In this document: positions 30,249-43,354 of the stretch, one piece after another
Layout of the letters: each line of letters starts with the position of its first letter
How positions within the stretch are numbered: the first letter of the stretch is position 1
Made by a program: the position numbers and the translations under genes
Notes under the pieces: model-generated
Databases searched by the model: none
Told to the model about the DNA's origin: nothing
What the model saw: the letters and a program-made list of their open reading frames with translations, nothing else
NCBI GenBank assembly: GCA_965224085.1
Contig: CBDCYI010000005.1
Location: 1,792,001 to 1,856,000, forward strand
Length of the DNA stretch: 64,000 nt
DNA from: Candidatus Marinacidobacterales bacterium
GTDB taxonomy: Bacteria; Acidobacteriota; Vicinamibacteria; Marinacidobacterales; SMYC01
Direction: 5' to 3'

Positions 30249-33143
30249 TTGACGGATGGTGCGGTTCGGGCTAGATTTCCCGACGTGGAACCGGATCGCA
30301 TCGTTGTGCGCGGGGCGCGCCAGCATAATCTGAAGAATATTACCGTCGAGTTTCCGAAGAAGAAGCTTGTCGTTTTTAGCGGGGTGTCGGGCTCGGGGAA
30401 GTCGTCCCTTGCGCTCGACACGCTCTACGCCGAGGGCCAGCGGCGCTATGTCGAGTCGCTCTCTAGCTATGCTCGGCAATTTCTCGGGCAGATGGACAAG
30501 CCGTTCTACGACACGATTCGCGGCTTGTCGCCGACGATTTCCGTCGACCAGAAGTCATCGAGCCACAACCCGCGCTCGACGGTGGGAACGATCACGGAGA
30601 TCTACGACTATCTTCGGGTGCTCTTTGCGCGGATCGGAAGACTCTTTTGTCATCAATGCGGCCGCGCGGTTGCTCGGCAGACGCCGCAGCAAATCGTCGA
30701 GGAAATCGCTCGTCTTCCCGAGGGCTCCCGTTTTCACATCTTGGCGCCGCTCGTGAGCACCCGTAAGGGCGAGCACAAATCAGTGCTCGAAAAAGCACGT
30801 CGGAGCGGCTTTTCCCGGGTGCGCGTCGACGGGAAGATCTACTCGCTTGAGGATTTGATCGAGCTCGAAAAGAACAAAAAGCACGATATCGAGATCGTCG
30901 TCGATCGATTGGTCCGCAAAGCGAATTTCTTGGAGAAGTCGCGATCCCGTTTGACGGACTCGGTCGAAACGGCGCTTCGTTCCGGGGCGGGTGTTCTCAT
31001 CGTGCACCGCGACGGTATGGACGATTTGCTTCTTTCCGAGCATCAAGCGTGTCATCACTGCGGGATCTCCTTTCCCGAGCTGTCCCCGCAACTGTTCTCG
31101 TTCAACTCGCCGCAAGGCATGTGCTCTGAATGTAACGGCCTCGGCACAAAAGCGGAGATGGACGAAGAGCTCATGGTGCCGGACCCGTCCTTGAGCATCA
31201 ACGATGGTGCGGTAAAACCTTGGGGCGCCATCGAGGACAAAGGAGGATGGCGCGCTGCTGTGATCCGTTCGCTCGCTCGCCATCACAAGATTGATTTGAC
31301 CAAGCGCTGGACCGCGCTCAGCGCGAGTTCCCGTCGCGTCATTCTGCACGGCAACAACAAAGAGAAGATCACAGTCAGGCGCGGTCGCCGCTCGTTCAAA
31401 ACGCGCTTCGAGGGGCTCGTCCCGATCATGATGCGGCGCATGAAAGAGACCCAATCGGAAGCCGTTCGCAAGCACTACGCGCAGTTCATGTCGAGCAAGC
31501 CGTGCTCGAGCTGCGAGGGCGCGCGCCTGCGTCCGGAGGCGCTTTCGGTTCGTATCGATGAGAAGTCGATCGCCGCGCTCGCGGGGAGCGCCATCGACGA
31601 CGCCTTTCTCTTCGCCACGACCGTCGAGCTTGCTGGAACGGACGCGCTCATCGGCTCGGAGCTGTTGAAGGAGATCGTCAACCGTCTCCGATTCTTGCGA
31701 GATGTCGGGCTGGGCTACTTGACGCTCGACCGGCTCGCCCCGACGCTCTCGGGGGGGGAGGCGCAGCGGATCCGGCTCGCGAGCCAGATCGGCTCCGAGC
31801 TCACTGGGGTGGTTTACATTCTCGACGAGCCGTCGATTGGGCTACACGCGCGCGACAACGCACGTCTTCTCGGCGCGCTCTGTCACTTGAGGGACATGGG
31901 CAACACGGTGGTGGTCGTCGAGCACGACCGGGACACGATCGAAGCGGCCGACTATGTCGTCGATTTTGGCCCTGGCGCCGGGGTTCACGGCGGGGAGGTC
32001 GTTGCTACTGGCACCGCTAAAGATCTCGAGCGTTATCCGGCTTCGGTGACAGGGCAGTTTCTCTCGGGCAAGCTCTCGATCCCGGTCCCTCCGGAGCGGC
32101 GCAAGATCTCGCCGCGCTTCGTCGAGATTCGCGGCGCGAGAGCGAACAACCTTCAGAGCCTCGACGTGAAGATCCCGCTTGGCGTGCTCATCGGCGTGAC
32201 CGGCGTCTCGGGTGCGGGAAAGAGCACGCTCGTGAACGAGATCCTCTACCCGGCGCTGGCGCGCGCTTTGAACCGGGCCGAGAAGCTACCCGGTGCCCAT
32301 CGGCTTGTGCGCGGGCTCGAAAACCTCGACAAAGTCATCGATATCGATCAATCGCCCATTGGACGGACTCCACGCTCGAATCCGGCCACCTATACGAAAG
32401 CTTTCGACGAGATCCGCGGGTTCTTCGCGCATCTTCCCGAGGCGCGCGCGCGAGGCTACAAGCCAGGGCGCTTTTCCTTCAACGTGAAGGGCGGCCGATG
32501 CGAGCATTGCGACGGCGACGGTGTCATAAAAGTCGAGATGCATTTTCTCGCCGACGTCTACGTACCGTGCGAGGAGTGCCGCGGGCGCCGCTTCAACGAC
32601 GCGACGCTCGAAGTGAAATATAAAGGCCTCTCCATTGCCGATGTGCTCGATCTCACGGTCGCCGAAGCAGCTGAGCTCTTCGAGAACCATCCTTCGATCC
32701 GCCGCATTTTGAAGACGTTGATCGAGGTTGGACTCGGCTATATCCGGCTCGGGCAAAGCTCGCCCACGCTTTCCGGCGGCGAGGCGCAACGGGTGAAGCT
32801 CTCGCGCGAGCTCGCGAAGCGGTCCACGGGCCGCACGTTCTACATTCTGGACGAGCCAACGACGGGGCTTCACTTCCAGGACATCGCGCGCCTTTTGAAA
32901 GTGCTCGAGAAGCTCGTCGAAGGCGGGAACACAGTGCTCGTCATCGAGCACAACATGGACGTCTTGAAGACGGTCGACTACATCATCGATTTGGGACCCG
33001 AAGGCGGCAAGCATGGAGGCTATCTCGTCGCGACGGGAACACCGGAGGAAGTCGCGGCGGAGCCGAGCTCCCACACCGGACGCGCGCTACGGGAAACGCT
33101 CGACGCCTCTCCGTTCGACGTTCCGGTGAAGAAGACGAGCTAA
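30249..33143 (+). CDS. uvrA: excinuclease ABC subunit A
   Basis: GARQHNLKN, GVSGSGKSSL, two LSGGEAQR signatures, zinc fingers. Confidence 0.98.
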   Translation: MTDGAVRARFPDVEPDRIVVRGARQHNLKNITVEFPKKKLVVFSGVSGSGKSSLALDTLYAEGQRRYVESLSSYARQFLGQMDKPFYDTIRGLSPTISVDQKSSSHNPRSTVGTITEIYDYLRVLFARIGRLFCHQCGRAVARQTPQQIVEEIARLPEGSRFHILAPLVSTRKGEHKSVLEKARRSGFSRVRVDGKIYSLEDLIELEKNKKHDIEIVVDRLVRKANFLEKSRSRLTDSVETALRSGAGVLIVHRDGMDDLLLSEHQACHHCGISFPELSPQLFSFNSPQGMCSECNGLGTKAEMDEELMVPDPSLSINDGAVKPWGAIEDKGGWRAAVIRSLARHHKIDLTKRWTALSASSRRVILHGNNKEKITVRRGRRSFKTRFEGLVPIMMRRMKETQSEAVRKHYAQFMSSKPCSSCEGARLRPEALSVRIDEKSIAALAGSAIDDAFLFATTVELAGTDALIGSELLKEIVNRLRFLRDVGLGYLTLDRLAPTLSGGEAQRIRLASQIGSELTGVVYILDEPSIGLHARDNARLLGALCHLRDMGNTVVVVEHDRDTIEAADYVVDFGPGAGVHGGEVVATGTAKDLERYPASVTGQFLSGKLSIPVPPERRKISPRFVEIRGARANNLQSLDVKIPLGVLIGVTGVSGAGKSTLVNEILYPALARALNRAEKLPGAHRLVRGLENLDKVIDIDQSPIGRTPRSNPATYTKAFDEIRGFFAHLPEARARGYKPGRFSFNVKGGRCEHCDGDGVIKVEMHFLADVYVPCEECRGRRFNDATLEVKYKGLSIADVLDLTVAEAAELFENHPSIRRILKTLIEVGLGYIRLGQSSPTLSGGEAQRVKLSRELAKRSTGRTFYILDEPTTGLHFQDIARLLKVLEKLVEGGNTVLVIEHNMDVLKTVDYIIDLGPEGGKHGGYLVATGTPEEVAAEPSSHTGRALRETLDASPFDVPVKKTS

Positions 33144-33147
33144 GACC

Positions 33148-33331
33148 ATGCTCTGTGCGGCCGCCCTTCTCCTCGTCGCCGGCGAGCTTTGGACCGCCTC
33201 GGTGATCCGCGGACTGCGCGAGACCGAGGATGTTCGCGACGCACCCGCCATCGAGCAAGCGTTCGCGCGCCGCCTCGCCGAGCTAGAACGCTTTCCCTTG
33301 GATCTCGCCCCAACGGATCTGGAAGCCGAGC
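33148..33331 (+). pseudogene. N-terminal stub of a membrane/secreted protein truncated by IS6
   Basis: hydrophobic N-terminus just after uvrA; ORF runs into the IS end. Confidence 0.5.
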
Positions 33332-34144
33332 GGTATTGTCAAGTTGACGTTGAGCGAGCGAACCTATTGCGTCGAGCTGATTTCCTTTGCTCTCATCGGA
33401 CGGCACAGGTTACCTCCTGCCAGACGATGAAAGCGCGGTCTCGTAGCTCCCGATGATGATGCGCTTGCAACAAATGCCGTCCGACGCGAAAGAGGTTTTG
33501 CACGAGTCCATGCACGGTCAAGAATCGTTGCGCCTGCCCAGGAGCTTTAAACTTCCGCATCTGTCGTTCCCGTTGTCGCGTCGGTTCGTGCGAGACTTCG
33601 GCTAGGTTGTTTCTGTACTGGTCAGTGTCGTGGACGACGGACGGCATGACCTCGCGGTGAGCGGCGCTGTAGCTTCTCAGTTTGTCGGTGACCAGCTGCC
33701 AGGGCGGACGGCCTTGCCCTTTCAACAGCTTGCGGAAGAATCGTTTGGCGGCTTTCTGATCACGGCGAGGCTGGACGAGGATATCAATCACATCACCATC
33801 TTGGTCTACCGCGCGCCAGAGGTATTGGCGTTCGCCTTGTATCTTTATGAAAGACCTCGTCCGGGTGCCACGTGTCACCAAGGCGACCCTGCCGACGCTT
33901 CAGTCGCCGAGCGTATTCCGGCCCGAACTTGATGCACCAAAGTCGGATCGCTTCGTAGGAAACCGTGATGCCTCGCTGAGCAAGCAGCTCTTCGACGTTT
34001 CGAAAGCTCACGCAGAATCGGTGGTAGAGCCAGACGGCGTGGCTGATGATTTCCGGTGGAAATCGATAGCCGTGGTAGCTTGGCGCATCGGTCTTCATTG
34101 GACCATTCTGTCAGTCACCAGCTCAATTTGACAGCAATGGCACC
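33332..34144 (-). mobile_element. IS6-family element
   Basis: ends GGTATTGTCAAGTTGA / TCAATTTGACAGCA; no target duplication. Confidence 0.85.
33393..34098 (-). pseudogene. IS6-family transposase, +1 frameshift near 33851
   Basis: YRFPPEIISHAVWLY...WHPDEVF, then IKIQGERQYLWRAVD...VTDKLRSY...NNLAEVSH in the next frame. Confidence 0.9.
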
Positions 34145-34590
34145 GCCCGCGTGGGCGGAGGTCATCGGGGAGTGACCGAAATCGTTCGTTCACTCGAAAG
34201 TACCTCTCGAGTCCGAGCGCGCGGGTCGCCTCCTCCAGAAACATGGCTTTCCTGCCGTTCGCCTCCACGAGGACCCATTCGAGCATCGGACGGGCGATGG
34301 CCATCGGGGAGGGCGGGGCTCCCGCCCCCGGAGCCGATGTCGATGGACAGGCCGATTTCCGGTACCCAATTCAGGGCAGCGAGGGGCTCAGCGGAAATAG
34401 CGACGGACGCGCTCTTCGCTGCTACCAAAGCTCGTGAGCCCCGCCGCGCGGTCGAAACTCTTGACCAGAGCGTCCAGTATCTCTAGGCGCGTAAAACGCT
34501 TCTGCGCCGATTGCCGGTGTAGCTACCGCACCGAGAGCGTCGGTGATTTGCTTCTCGAAGGACGACGGGGTAGCGAACGTCAGGACGTGC
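34145..34590 (-). pseudogene. rsmG: 16S rRNA m7G527 methyltransferase, two frameshifts and 3' truncation
   Basis: GLTSFGSSEERVRRYF / AEPLAA...DIGSGGGSPALP / MAIARP...LVEANGRKAMFL in three frames; origin-region synteny. Confidence 0.75.
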
Positions 34591-34598
34591 TCGTGCTT

Positions 34599-35072
34599 CT
34601 AGTCGTCAGGAAGGATGATGACGCGCTTCATGATGCCCTCGCCCTCGCTCTCGGTCGTTACACCGTCGATTTCAGCGACCGCGAGGTGAACAACGCGGCG
34701 TTCGTAGGGGTTCATCCGACCCAGCTCTTCTTCCTCCCCGGTCCGCTTGACCCGCTCCGAGACGCGAGCCGCGATTTCCTGGAGCTCCACCTCCTTCCGC
34801 GCCCGGTAGCCGTCGCAGTCCACCACGAGCCGGCGATCGTCTAGATCGCGACCGAAAATACGATTCGCAAGATACTGAAACACGTCGAGGATCTCAGCCC
34901 GGTTCCGGATCATCAGGTCTCGGTCTTGGCCGGAAAGGTTGACGCAAAGCACATCCGGGTCCGCCTCCACGAGATCGACGCCAAGGTCCCAGTCGAGGTG
35001 CTCGACCATCTGTTCCATGAACTCTCGGACGTCGCCCGCGAGCGCATCTACTTCAGAGACTTCTTCCGCCAC
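34599..35072 (-). CDS. jag: Jag/KhpB KH-R3H RNA-binding protein (short form)
   Basis: FQYLAN, VVDCDGYR, MNPYERRVVH, TESEGEG; follows yidC. Confidence 0.9.
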   Translation of the reverse strand: MAEEVSEVDALAGDVREFMEQMVEHLDWDLGVDLVEADPDVLCVNLSGQDRDLMIRNRAEILDVFQYLANRIFGRDLDDRRLVVDCDGYRARKEVELQEIAARVSERVKRTGEEEELGRMNPYERRVVHLAVAEIDGVTTESEGEGIMKRVIILPDD

Positions 35073-35078
35073 TGACTC

Positions 35079-36863
35079 TCAAACTCCCTGCTTCTCGCCC
35101 TTCTGGCGTTTGTTACTCTTGCCCTTCTTGACCGATTTCACGGCTTTCGCGTCCTTGAGCGCTTTCTCCTCCCGCTCCAACAGGAATCGGTTCGTCGTCA
35201 ACTGCTGCGCCATCGACACAAGGTTATTCGAGAACCAGTACAGCACCAAGCCTGACGGCGCCAACGCCAAGATGAACGTGAACATGATGGGCATGAACGA
35301 CATGATTTTCTGCTGCATGGGATCCGCGCTCGTCTGCGGAGTCATCTTCTGGATCGCCATCTGCGTGGCGCCCATGAGAACGGGCAAGACGTACACCGGG
35401 TCATAAACGGAGAGGTCTTGAATCCAGAAAATGAAAGGGGCCTGTCGAAGCTCGATCGACGACATGAGTAGGCGATAGAAGGCGAAGAAAAACGGGATCA
35501 TCAGCAACATCGGAAGACACCCGGAAAGCGGAGAAGCGTTGTTCTCCTTGTAGAGCGTCATGATTTCCTGATTCATGTGCTGATAGCGCGGATCGGTCGG
35601 CTTCACCTTCTTGTAGCGATCGCGGATTTTCTGTATCTGCGGCGCTAACTTCTGCATCCTACGCATCGAAACGAAGCTGTAATGCTTGAGTGGCACCAAG
35701 GCGACGTTGATAGCGACCGTCAAAAGAACGATCGCAAAACCCCAATTCCCAACGAACGCATAAATCTTCAGCAAAGCAGAGCGCAACAAAAGCGCGGGGT
35801 AGCGCATCCATGAGCCGAACTCGATGATCTGGCTCATGCCCGGCGCCAATGCCTCGAGCCTCTCGAGTTTTTTGGGTCCCATGTAAAGTGTAAAGATCGC
35901 CTTCGAGCTCGGCGCCTCGAGCGCCGCCGTGATCACTTCCCGCTCGGCGCGTTTCTCATCCTCCGTCGGAACCACGCCTGTCTCGAATCGCGACGCATAG
36001 AGGCCGTCGTCGGCCGGCAATATCAAGCCTGTGAAGTAATGCGACGCGACGCCCGTCGCCGTCACGCTCACGCCTGTGCCTGAGCCTTCGTCCACGTCCT
36101 GCGCGGTGAAAAGCTCCACCTCACCCCGCGAGACGACGACGCCTTTGTCCACCCCAACGTAGTGGCTCTTTGTGATCTCGTTCCCAATACCCCCGCCATA
36201 GAGAACCTGTTTGCCGACTTCCTCCCCGCGCTCCGATACCGATACCTCGACATGGATCCGATAAGTCGCACCCAAGAATGTCAGGTGCTTCTCAACGGCA
36301 AGGCCACGCCCGTCCGCCCACCTGAAGCTGACAGTCTTCTCTTCCCCGTCCGCGACCGACATTTTTCTCGGCGCGTCGGTCTCGAAAAGCGCCATCGACA
36401 CCGTTTCCGTGTCAAGAGGCGACGAAAGCCTCAGGTCCAACGGCCGAATATTTAAGTGCTCGGCGGCGCCCAGACCAACCATTTCATAGGGTTCTCGGGC
36501 GTTACTCAAATGTTCTTGCAGTCGCATACTCAAAAGCCGGGCACCGCGGTTGGAAAGAACCAGACGGTACAGGCTCGTTTCAACGACGACCTCGCGCTCC
36601 GCTGAAGCCGCTCGGATTTCATACTCCGACTCTTCTGCGCGCTCCGGCCGGTCCTCTGGCTCCCGTGACGGCGCTCTCTCTACAGACGGGGCCTGCTTAC
36701 TTGGAGACGCCGGCACGTCTGCGGGCGCGCTCAATCTGCTTCCGCCGTTTTCGACGAAAGGAGAAGACCCGTCTTCCGGCATCGGTGGCGGAGGAAAAAA
36801 TCGTGGCCACAGGGAGACGAGGAGGAACGTCGACCCAAAGAACAAGAGTAATCGTTTTTCCAT
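35079..36863 (-). CDS. yidC: membrane protein insertase YidC
   Basis: GNWGFAIVLLT, GCLPML, ELRQAPF.FWIQDLS, PSGLVLYW. Confidence 0.97.
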   Translation of the reverse strand: MEKRLLLFFGSTFLLVSLWPRFFPPPPMPEDGSSPFVENGGSRLSAPADVPASPSKQAPSVERAPSREPEDRPERAEESEYEIRAASAEREVVVETSLYRLVLSNRGARLLSMRLQEHLSNAREPYEMVGLGAAEHLNIRPLDLRLSSPLDTETVSMALFETDAPRKMSVADGEEKTVSFRWADGRGLAVEKHLTFLGATYRIHVEVSVSERGEEVGKQVLYGGGIGNEITKSHYVGVDKGVVVSRGEVELFTAQDVDEGSGTGVSVTATGVASHYFTGLILPADDGLYASRFETGVVPTEDEKRAEREVITAALEAPSSKAIFTLYMGPKKLERLEALAPGMSQIIEFGSWMRYPALLLRSALLKIYAFVGNWGFAIVLLTVAINVALVPLKHYSFVSMRRMQKLAPQIQKIRDRYKKVKPTDPRYQHMNQEIMTLYKENNASPLSGCLPMLLMIPFFFAFYRLLMSSIELRQAPFIFWIQDLSVYDPVYVLPVLMGATQMAIQKMTPQTSADPMQQKIMSFMPIMFTFILALAPSGLVLYWFSNNLVSMAQQLTTNRFLLEREEKALKDAKAVKSVKKGKSNKRQKGEKQGV

Positions 36864-36883
36864 CTGGCCTCTTCAATTCCTCT

Positions 36884-37129
36884 TCACGGAACGCGGTCCG
36901 CCCCACCGGGATGGAACGGTTGGCAGCGTAAAAGCCGCGCGGCCATCAGCCACAACCCCCTCATGGCGCCGTATTTCGCGATCGCTTCGTCCGAATAACG
37001 TGAGCACGACGGATAGAAACGACACGCTCCACGGAAAACAAGACCGAGCGTCACCTGATACACGCGGATGGCCCATCTCAGCAGTGAGCCCAGAACCGCC
37101 CCATCGATGAACTTAAGGAATTTTCTCAA
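36884..37129 (-). CDS. yidD: membrane protein insertion efficiency factor
   Basis: CRFYPSCS.Y...RLLRCQPFHPGG.D.VP. Confidence 0.95.
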   Translation of the reverse strand: MRKFLKFIDGAVLGSLLRWAIRVYQVTLGLVFRGACRFYPSCSRYSDEAIAKYGAMRGLWLMAARLLRCQPFHPGGADRVP

Positions 37130-37478
37130 GCAGCCTTCCTACGTGCTTCACGTAAGCCGCGTCAATGTCTCCGAAACTTGCTTCTTTGATCGGGCCCCGC
37201 GCGACGAGCACCATGTCCGCCGAAACATCCCGCGTCGGTTTCCTCTTTCGGAAGACTTCCCGGAGCAGACGCTTCGCGCGATTTCTCGTCACGGCACCGC
37301 CGACGCGGCGGCTCGCGACGACGCCTACCCGGAGCGGGCCCTGGCTTCTCTCCACGATGAATGCGACGAAGAAACGACTGACGATACGCCGACCCTCCTC
37401 GTACGCTTTTACGAACTCTCTTTTCTGCCGGAGACGTAAGTCTGCCGTCAACCGCTCATCACGACGCCGTCCGTTCAC
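37113..37478 (-). CDS. rnpA: ribonuclease P protein component
   Basis: [16 protein letters not shown]. Confidence 0.95.
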   Translation of the reverse strand: MNGRRRDERLTADLRLRQKREFVKAYEEGRRIVSRFFVAFIVERSQGPLRVGVVASRRVGGAVTRNRAKRLLREVFRKRKPTRDVSADMVLVARGPIKEASFGDIDAAYVKHVGRLLEKIP

Positions 37479-37609
37479 GCCGCCAGGCGATGTCGCCCTT
37501 TGCGCCGCCGACGCGCCAGCACGGCGCGTCCTGCTTTGGAACTCATGCGAGCGCGGAACCCGTGCGTCTTCTTGCGACGACGGTTATTCGGTTGAAAGGT
37601 TCGCTTCAT
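37475..37609 (-). CDS. rpmH: 50S ribosomal protein L34 (missing from the ORF track)
   Basis: translates to [44 protein letters not shown]. Confidence 0.98.
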   Translation of the reverse strand: MKRTFQPNNRRRKKTHGFRARMSSKAGRAVLARRRRKGRHRLAA

Positions 37610-37979
37610 AGAAATTCCTTACTTCAAAAATCGGTTCCGCGCTCGCTAGAGCTAGATACGCCATGATAGCGCAGCCAAAGCGAAAACAATTATGCTACTC
37701 CGCGACTTGGGAGCTGTCAACCGCTCCTTCGTGCAAAAAGATCTCATCATTTCCATATTTTCGCTTGTCCACCAATCGAGCCCTATGCTAGATTACCCGC
37801 CTTGTCCTAAGTCGACAATGTTGAACACTTTTCCAGCGGGGATGGGGGTCCCCCGTATGGCGTATTTTCCACACCTGTTGAAAAAGCTGTGGATATTTCC
37901 CGGCCCCACAAAGTTTGCTCCGGCGGTGCAGCTTTCTTGCTTTGTATCTATAACTTCTTTCTTGGCAACCATATAGGAC

Positions 37980-39329
37980 ATGAACCTCTGGGAAGAAGTA
38001 CTTCACAAGGTCGAGTCCAAGGTCAACCAGCATAGTTTCAACACTTGGTTTCGACCCACTCGCCTCCTTTTCGAGGCTGGAAATACGGTCGGTGTGCTCG
38101 TCCCTAATAACCACTTCCGCGATTGGCTCAACAAACACTATTCCGGCGTGATTCACGAGTCCCTCGACGAGCTCCACCGCCCGGATTTAGAAGTCGTTTT
38201 CGAGACCAACAAAGCTGGTGAGTCAGCATCTTCCCCGGAAGATGCTACCGATGCGCCCCTTGCCAGCGACACTTCAAAAGCCCGGGCTACGCGTAGCACC
38301 TATACGCCTACGACGCCGCCCCTCAATTTGAAATACCAATTCCAGAGTTATGTCGTAGGGACGAGCAACCAGTTCGCTCACGCGGCCGCCCGCGCCGTCG
38401 CTGAGGCGCCTTCGCGAGCCTACAACCCCCTATTCATCTACGGGGGGGTAGGTCTCGGCAAGACCCACCTACTTCACGCCATTGGTCACCAAATTCTCGA
38501 TCAACAACCATCCTTCGAGCTCGTATACATCTCGGCCGAGATGTTCATGAATGAGCTCATCAACGCAATCCGCTACGACCGCATTCTGGACTTTCGCGAC
38601 AAGCACCGCTCCTTCGACGTCTTGCTCGTTGACGATATCCAGTTCATCGCCGGCAAGGAACGTACTCAGGAGGAGTTTTTTCACACGTTCAACGCGCTCT
38701 ACGACGCCCAAAAGCAAATCGTCATATCTAGTGATTCCCCGCCCAGGGAAATCCCTACCCTCGAAGAACGCCTACGATCGCGCTTCGAGTGGGGCCTCAC
38801 GGCGGATATTCAAGCTCCTGACCTCGAGACCAAGATCGCCATCCTTCGAAAAAAGGCCGATGCCGAAGCCGTAGAGCTCCCGGACAACGTTGCCATCTTC
38901 ATCGCCTCACGTATCAAGTCGAATATTCGCGAGCTCGAAGGGTCCCTCATCCGCCTCATCGCCTACGCGTCTCTGACCGGCCGCTCCATCGATCTCGCCT
39001 TGACCCAGGATGTTCTCAAAGACTTGCTGCCGAGCGAGGACCGTCTCATCAACCTCGACGCCATCCAAAAGTTCATCGCCGACCACTACCGCCTAAAAGT
39101 TGCCGACCTCAAAGCGCGCAACAATGCTAAATCTGTCGCCCTACCTCGACAAATCGCTATGTACCTCGGAAAATCCTTAACCAAGGCAAGCCTACCCGAC
39201 ATCGGTAAGGCGTTCGGCGGAAAACATCACTCCACGGTCATCCATTCCGTCCGCAAGATCGCGAACCTGCGAAAGAGCGACCCTGAGTTCGACAAGGTTG
39301 TCCAGGGTTTTCTCAACTCTTTTCGCTAG
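37980..39329 (+). CDS. dnaA: chromosomal replication initiator DnaA
   Basis: YNPLFIYGGVGLGKTHL, DDIQF, QEEFFHTFN, RELEG, HSTVIH. Confidence 0.98.
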   Translation: MNLWEEVLHKVESKVNQHSFNTWFRPTRLLFEAGNTVGVLVPNNHFRDWLNKHYSGVIHESLDELHRPDLEVVFETNKAGESASSPEDATDAPLASDTSKARATRSTYTPTTPPLNLKYQFQSYVVGTSNQFAHAAARAVAEAPSRAYNPLFIYGGVGLGKTHLLHAIGHQILDQQPSFELVYISAEMFMNELINAIRYDRILDFRDKHRSFDVLLVDDIQFIAGKERTQEEFFHTFNALYDAQKQIVISSDSPPREIPTLEERLRSRFEWGLTADIQAPDLETKIAILRKKADAEAVELPDNVAIFIASRIKSNIRELEGSLIRLIAYASLTGRSIDLALTQDVLKDLLPSEDRLINLDAIQKFIADHYRLKVADLKARNNAKSVALPRQIAMYLGKSLTKASLPDIGKAFGGKHHSTVIHSVRKIANLRKSDPEFDKVVQGFLNSFR

Positions 39330-39339
39330 CCGGGTGCAT

Positions 39340-39585
39340 CAGTGGAAATTTCCACAATTCCCTGTGCATAAGGCTGTGTAACTACTTACAATGCTTTGTT
39401 CATGCCCTACCCAACCCGGGTTATGGACATTTATGCACGAACATTAAACTGAGTCATCCACAGGAAATTCGAATTATAAATCATTTAAAATAAACAACTT
39501 AAACACCGTCGGGACTTTCTTTAACAGCCCCTTATTGATATAATTAAAAGGTATATATCTTTCTGATCTTAGAAAAGATTATAAA
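39340..39585. other. oriC: DnaA-box cluster plus AT-rich unwinding element
   Basis: ATTTCCACA 39348, TGTGCATAA 39363, TTATGGACA 39421, TTATGCACG 39431, TCATCCACA 39454; AT-rich tracts 39470-39585; more boxes upstream of dnaA (TTTTCCACA 37865, TGTGGATAT 37888). Confidence 0.85.
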
Positions 39586-39598
39586 GGAAAGCGAACTC

Positions 39599-40708
39599 AT
39601 GGAGTTTACCGCCAAGAAGGATGAGCTACTTCGAGAGCTCGCGCTCATTCAAGGGATCGTCGAGAGGAAGAATACGATCCCGATTCTGGCCAATGTTCTC
39701 ATCGACGCCCATGACGGGTCGCTGGAGCTTGCGGCAACGGACCTCGATGTAGGTCTCAAATGTAAACTCCCGGCGACCGTGCACGAGCCAGGCGCCTTGA
39801 CGCTATCGGCAAAAAAACTCTACGAGATCGTTCGTGCGGTCTCCGAAAGCGAGATCCGGATCAAGGAGCTAGAGAATAGCTGGGCCACCATCGAGAGTGG
39901 GCGCTCCTTTTTCAAGATGGTGGGGCTCGGTAAAGAAGAGTTCCCCTCACTTGCGGAACCGCCATCCGACGGTTTCATATCTGTTCCCGGTGCCGTCCTG
40001 ACCGAGCTCATCAATAAGACGAGTTTTGCTATCACCGCTGATGACAACCGCTATTTTTTGAACGGCGCTCGCCTCGAGCTAACGGAGAGCGACATGCGTA
40101 TGGTCGCGACCGATGGCCATAGGCTTGCCTACATTTCGGCAAAGCGGACGAACGAGGATTCCGGCGCGGCTTGCGTCATCGTTCCCAAGAAGACACTTCT
40201 CGAGCTCGTCAAGATTCTTGGCGACGAGGAACGGTGTGTAGAATTTGCTCAAGGGGAAAACCATCTCTTCTTTAGGCTCGGCGAGCGCTTTCTCGTCTCG
40301 AAGCGCGTCGATGATCAGTTTCCCGCCTATGACAAAGTCTTGCCGCAAGGCAACGACAAGACCGTTATTTGCGGTCGAGAGGCCCTGGCGGGTGCTATCC
40401 GCCGTGTTTCGCTTCTGGCGAACGAGCGCTCGCGGGCCGTTCGCTTCGGCATCGAGTCGGGCCGCGTGGAAGTATCTTCCCAAAGTCCTGAGCTCGGAGA
40501 AGCTAAAGAATCTATCGAAGCTGGCTATGACGGAGACGAGATCCAAATAGGGTTCAATGGTCAGTACCTCCTCGATTTCTTGAATGCTGCGAACACGACG
40601 GAGATTCGCTTCGAGTTGAAGGACGATTCCTCTCAAGGGTTGCTCCGACCGGCGGATGAAGGTGATGAAAGGGATTACCGCTATGTCGTCATGCCGATGA
40701 GGCTTTAG
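39599..40708 (+). CDS. dnaN: DNA polymerase III beta clamp
   Basis: TIPILANV, ATDGHRL, IGFNGQYLLD, VVMPMRL. Confidence 0.97.
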   Translation: MEFTAKKDELLRELALIQGIVERKNTIPILANVLIDAHDGSLELAATDLDVGLKCKLPATVHEPGALTLSAKKLYEIVRAVSESEIRIKELENSWATIESGRSFFKMVGLGKEEFPSLAEPPSDGFISVPGAVLTELINKTSFAITADDNRYFLNGARLELTESDMRMVATDGHRLAYISAKRTNEDSGAACVIVPKKTLLELVKILGDEERCVEFAQGENHLFFRLGERFLVSKRVDDQFPAYDKVLPQGNDKTVICGREALAGAIRRVSLLANERSRAVRFGIESGRVEVSSQSPELGEAKESIEAGYDGDEIQIGFNGQYLLDFLNAANTTEIRFELKDDSSQGLLRPADEGDERDYRYVVMPMRL

Positions 40709-40805
40709 ACGAAGCCAAAAAAAACGAATGAACGAAAGCCGGGCCTTGTCACCAGGACCCGGCGTCCCTTTAGCAAGCTACAGCTTGGGCGCGCTCGCCA
40801 GCTAA

Positions 40806-43298
<2,493 letters not shown>

Positions 43299-43354
43299 GA
43301 CCAGCGATCTAAAATCGACCCGCCCGATATTATTAGGTAATTCAGGAGTCAAGG

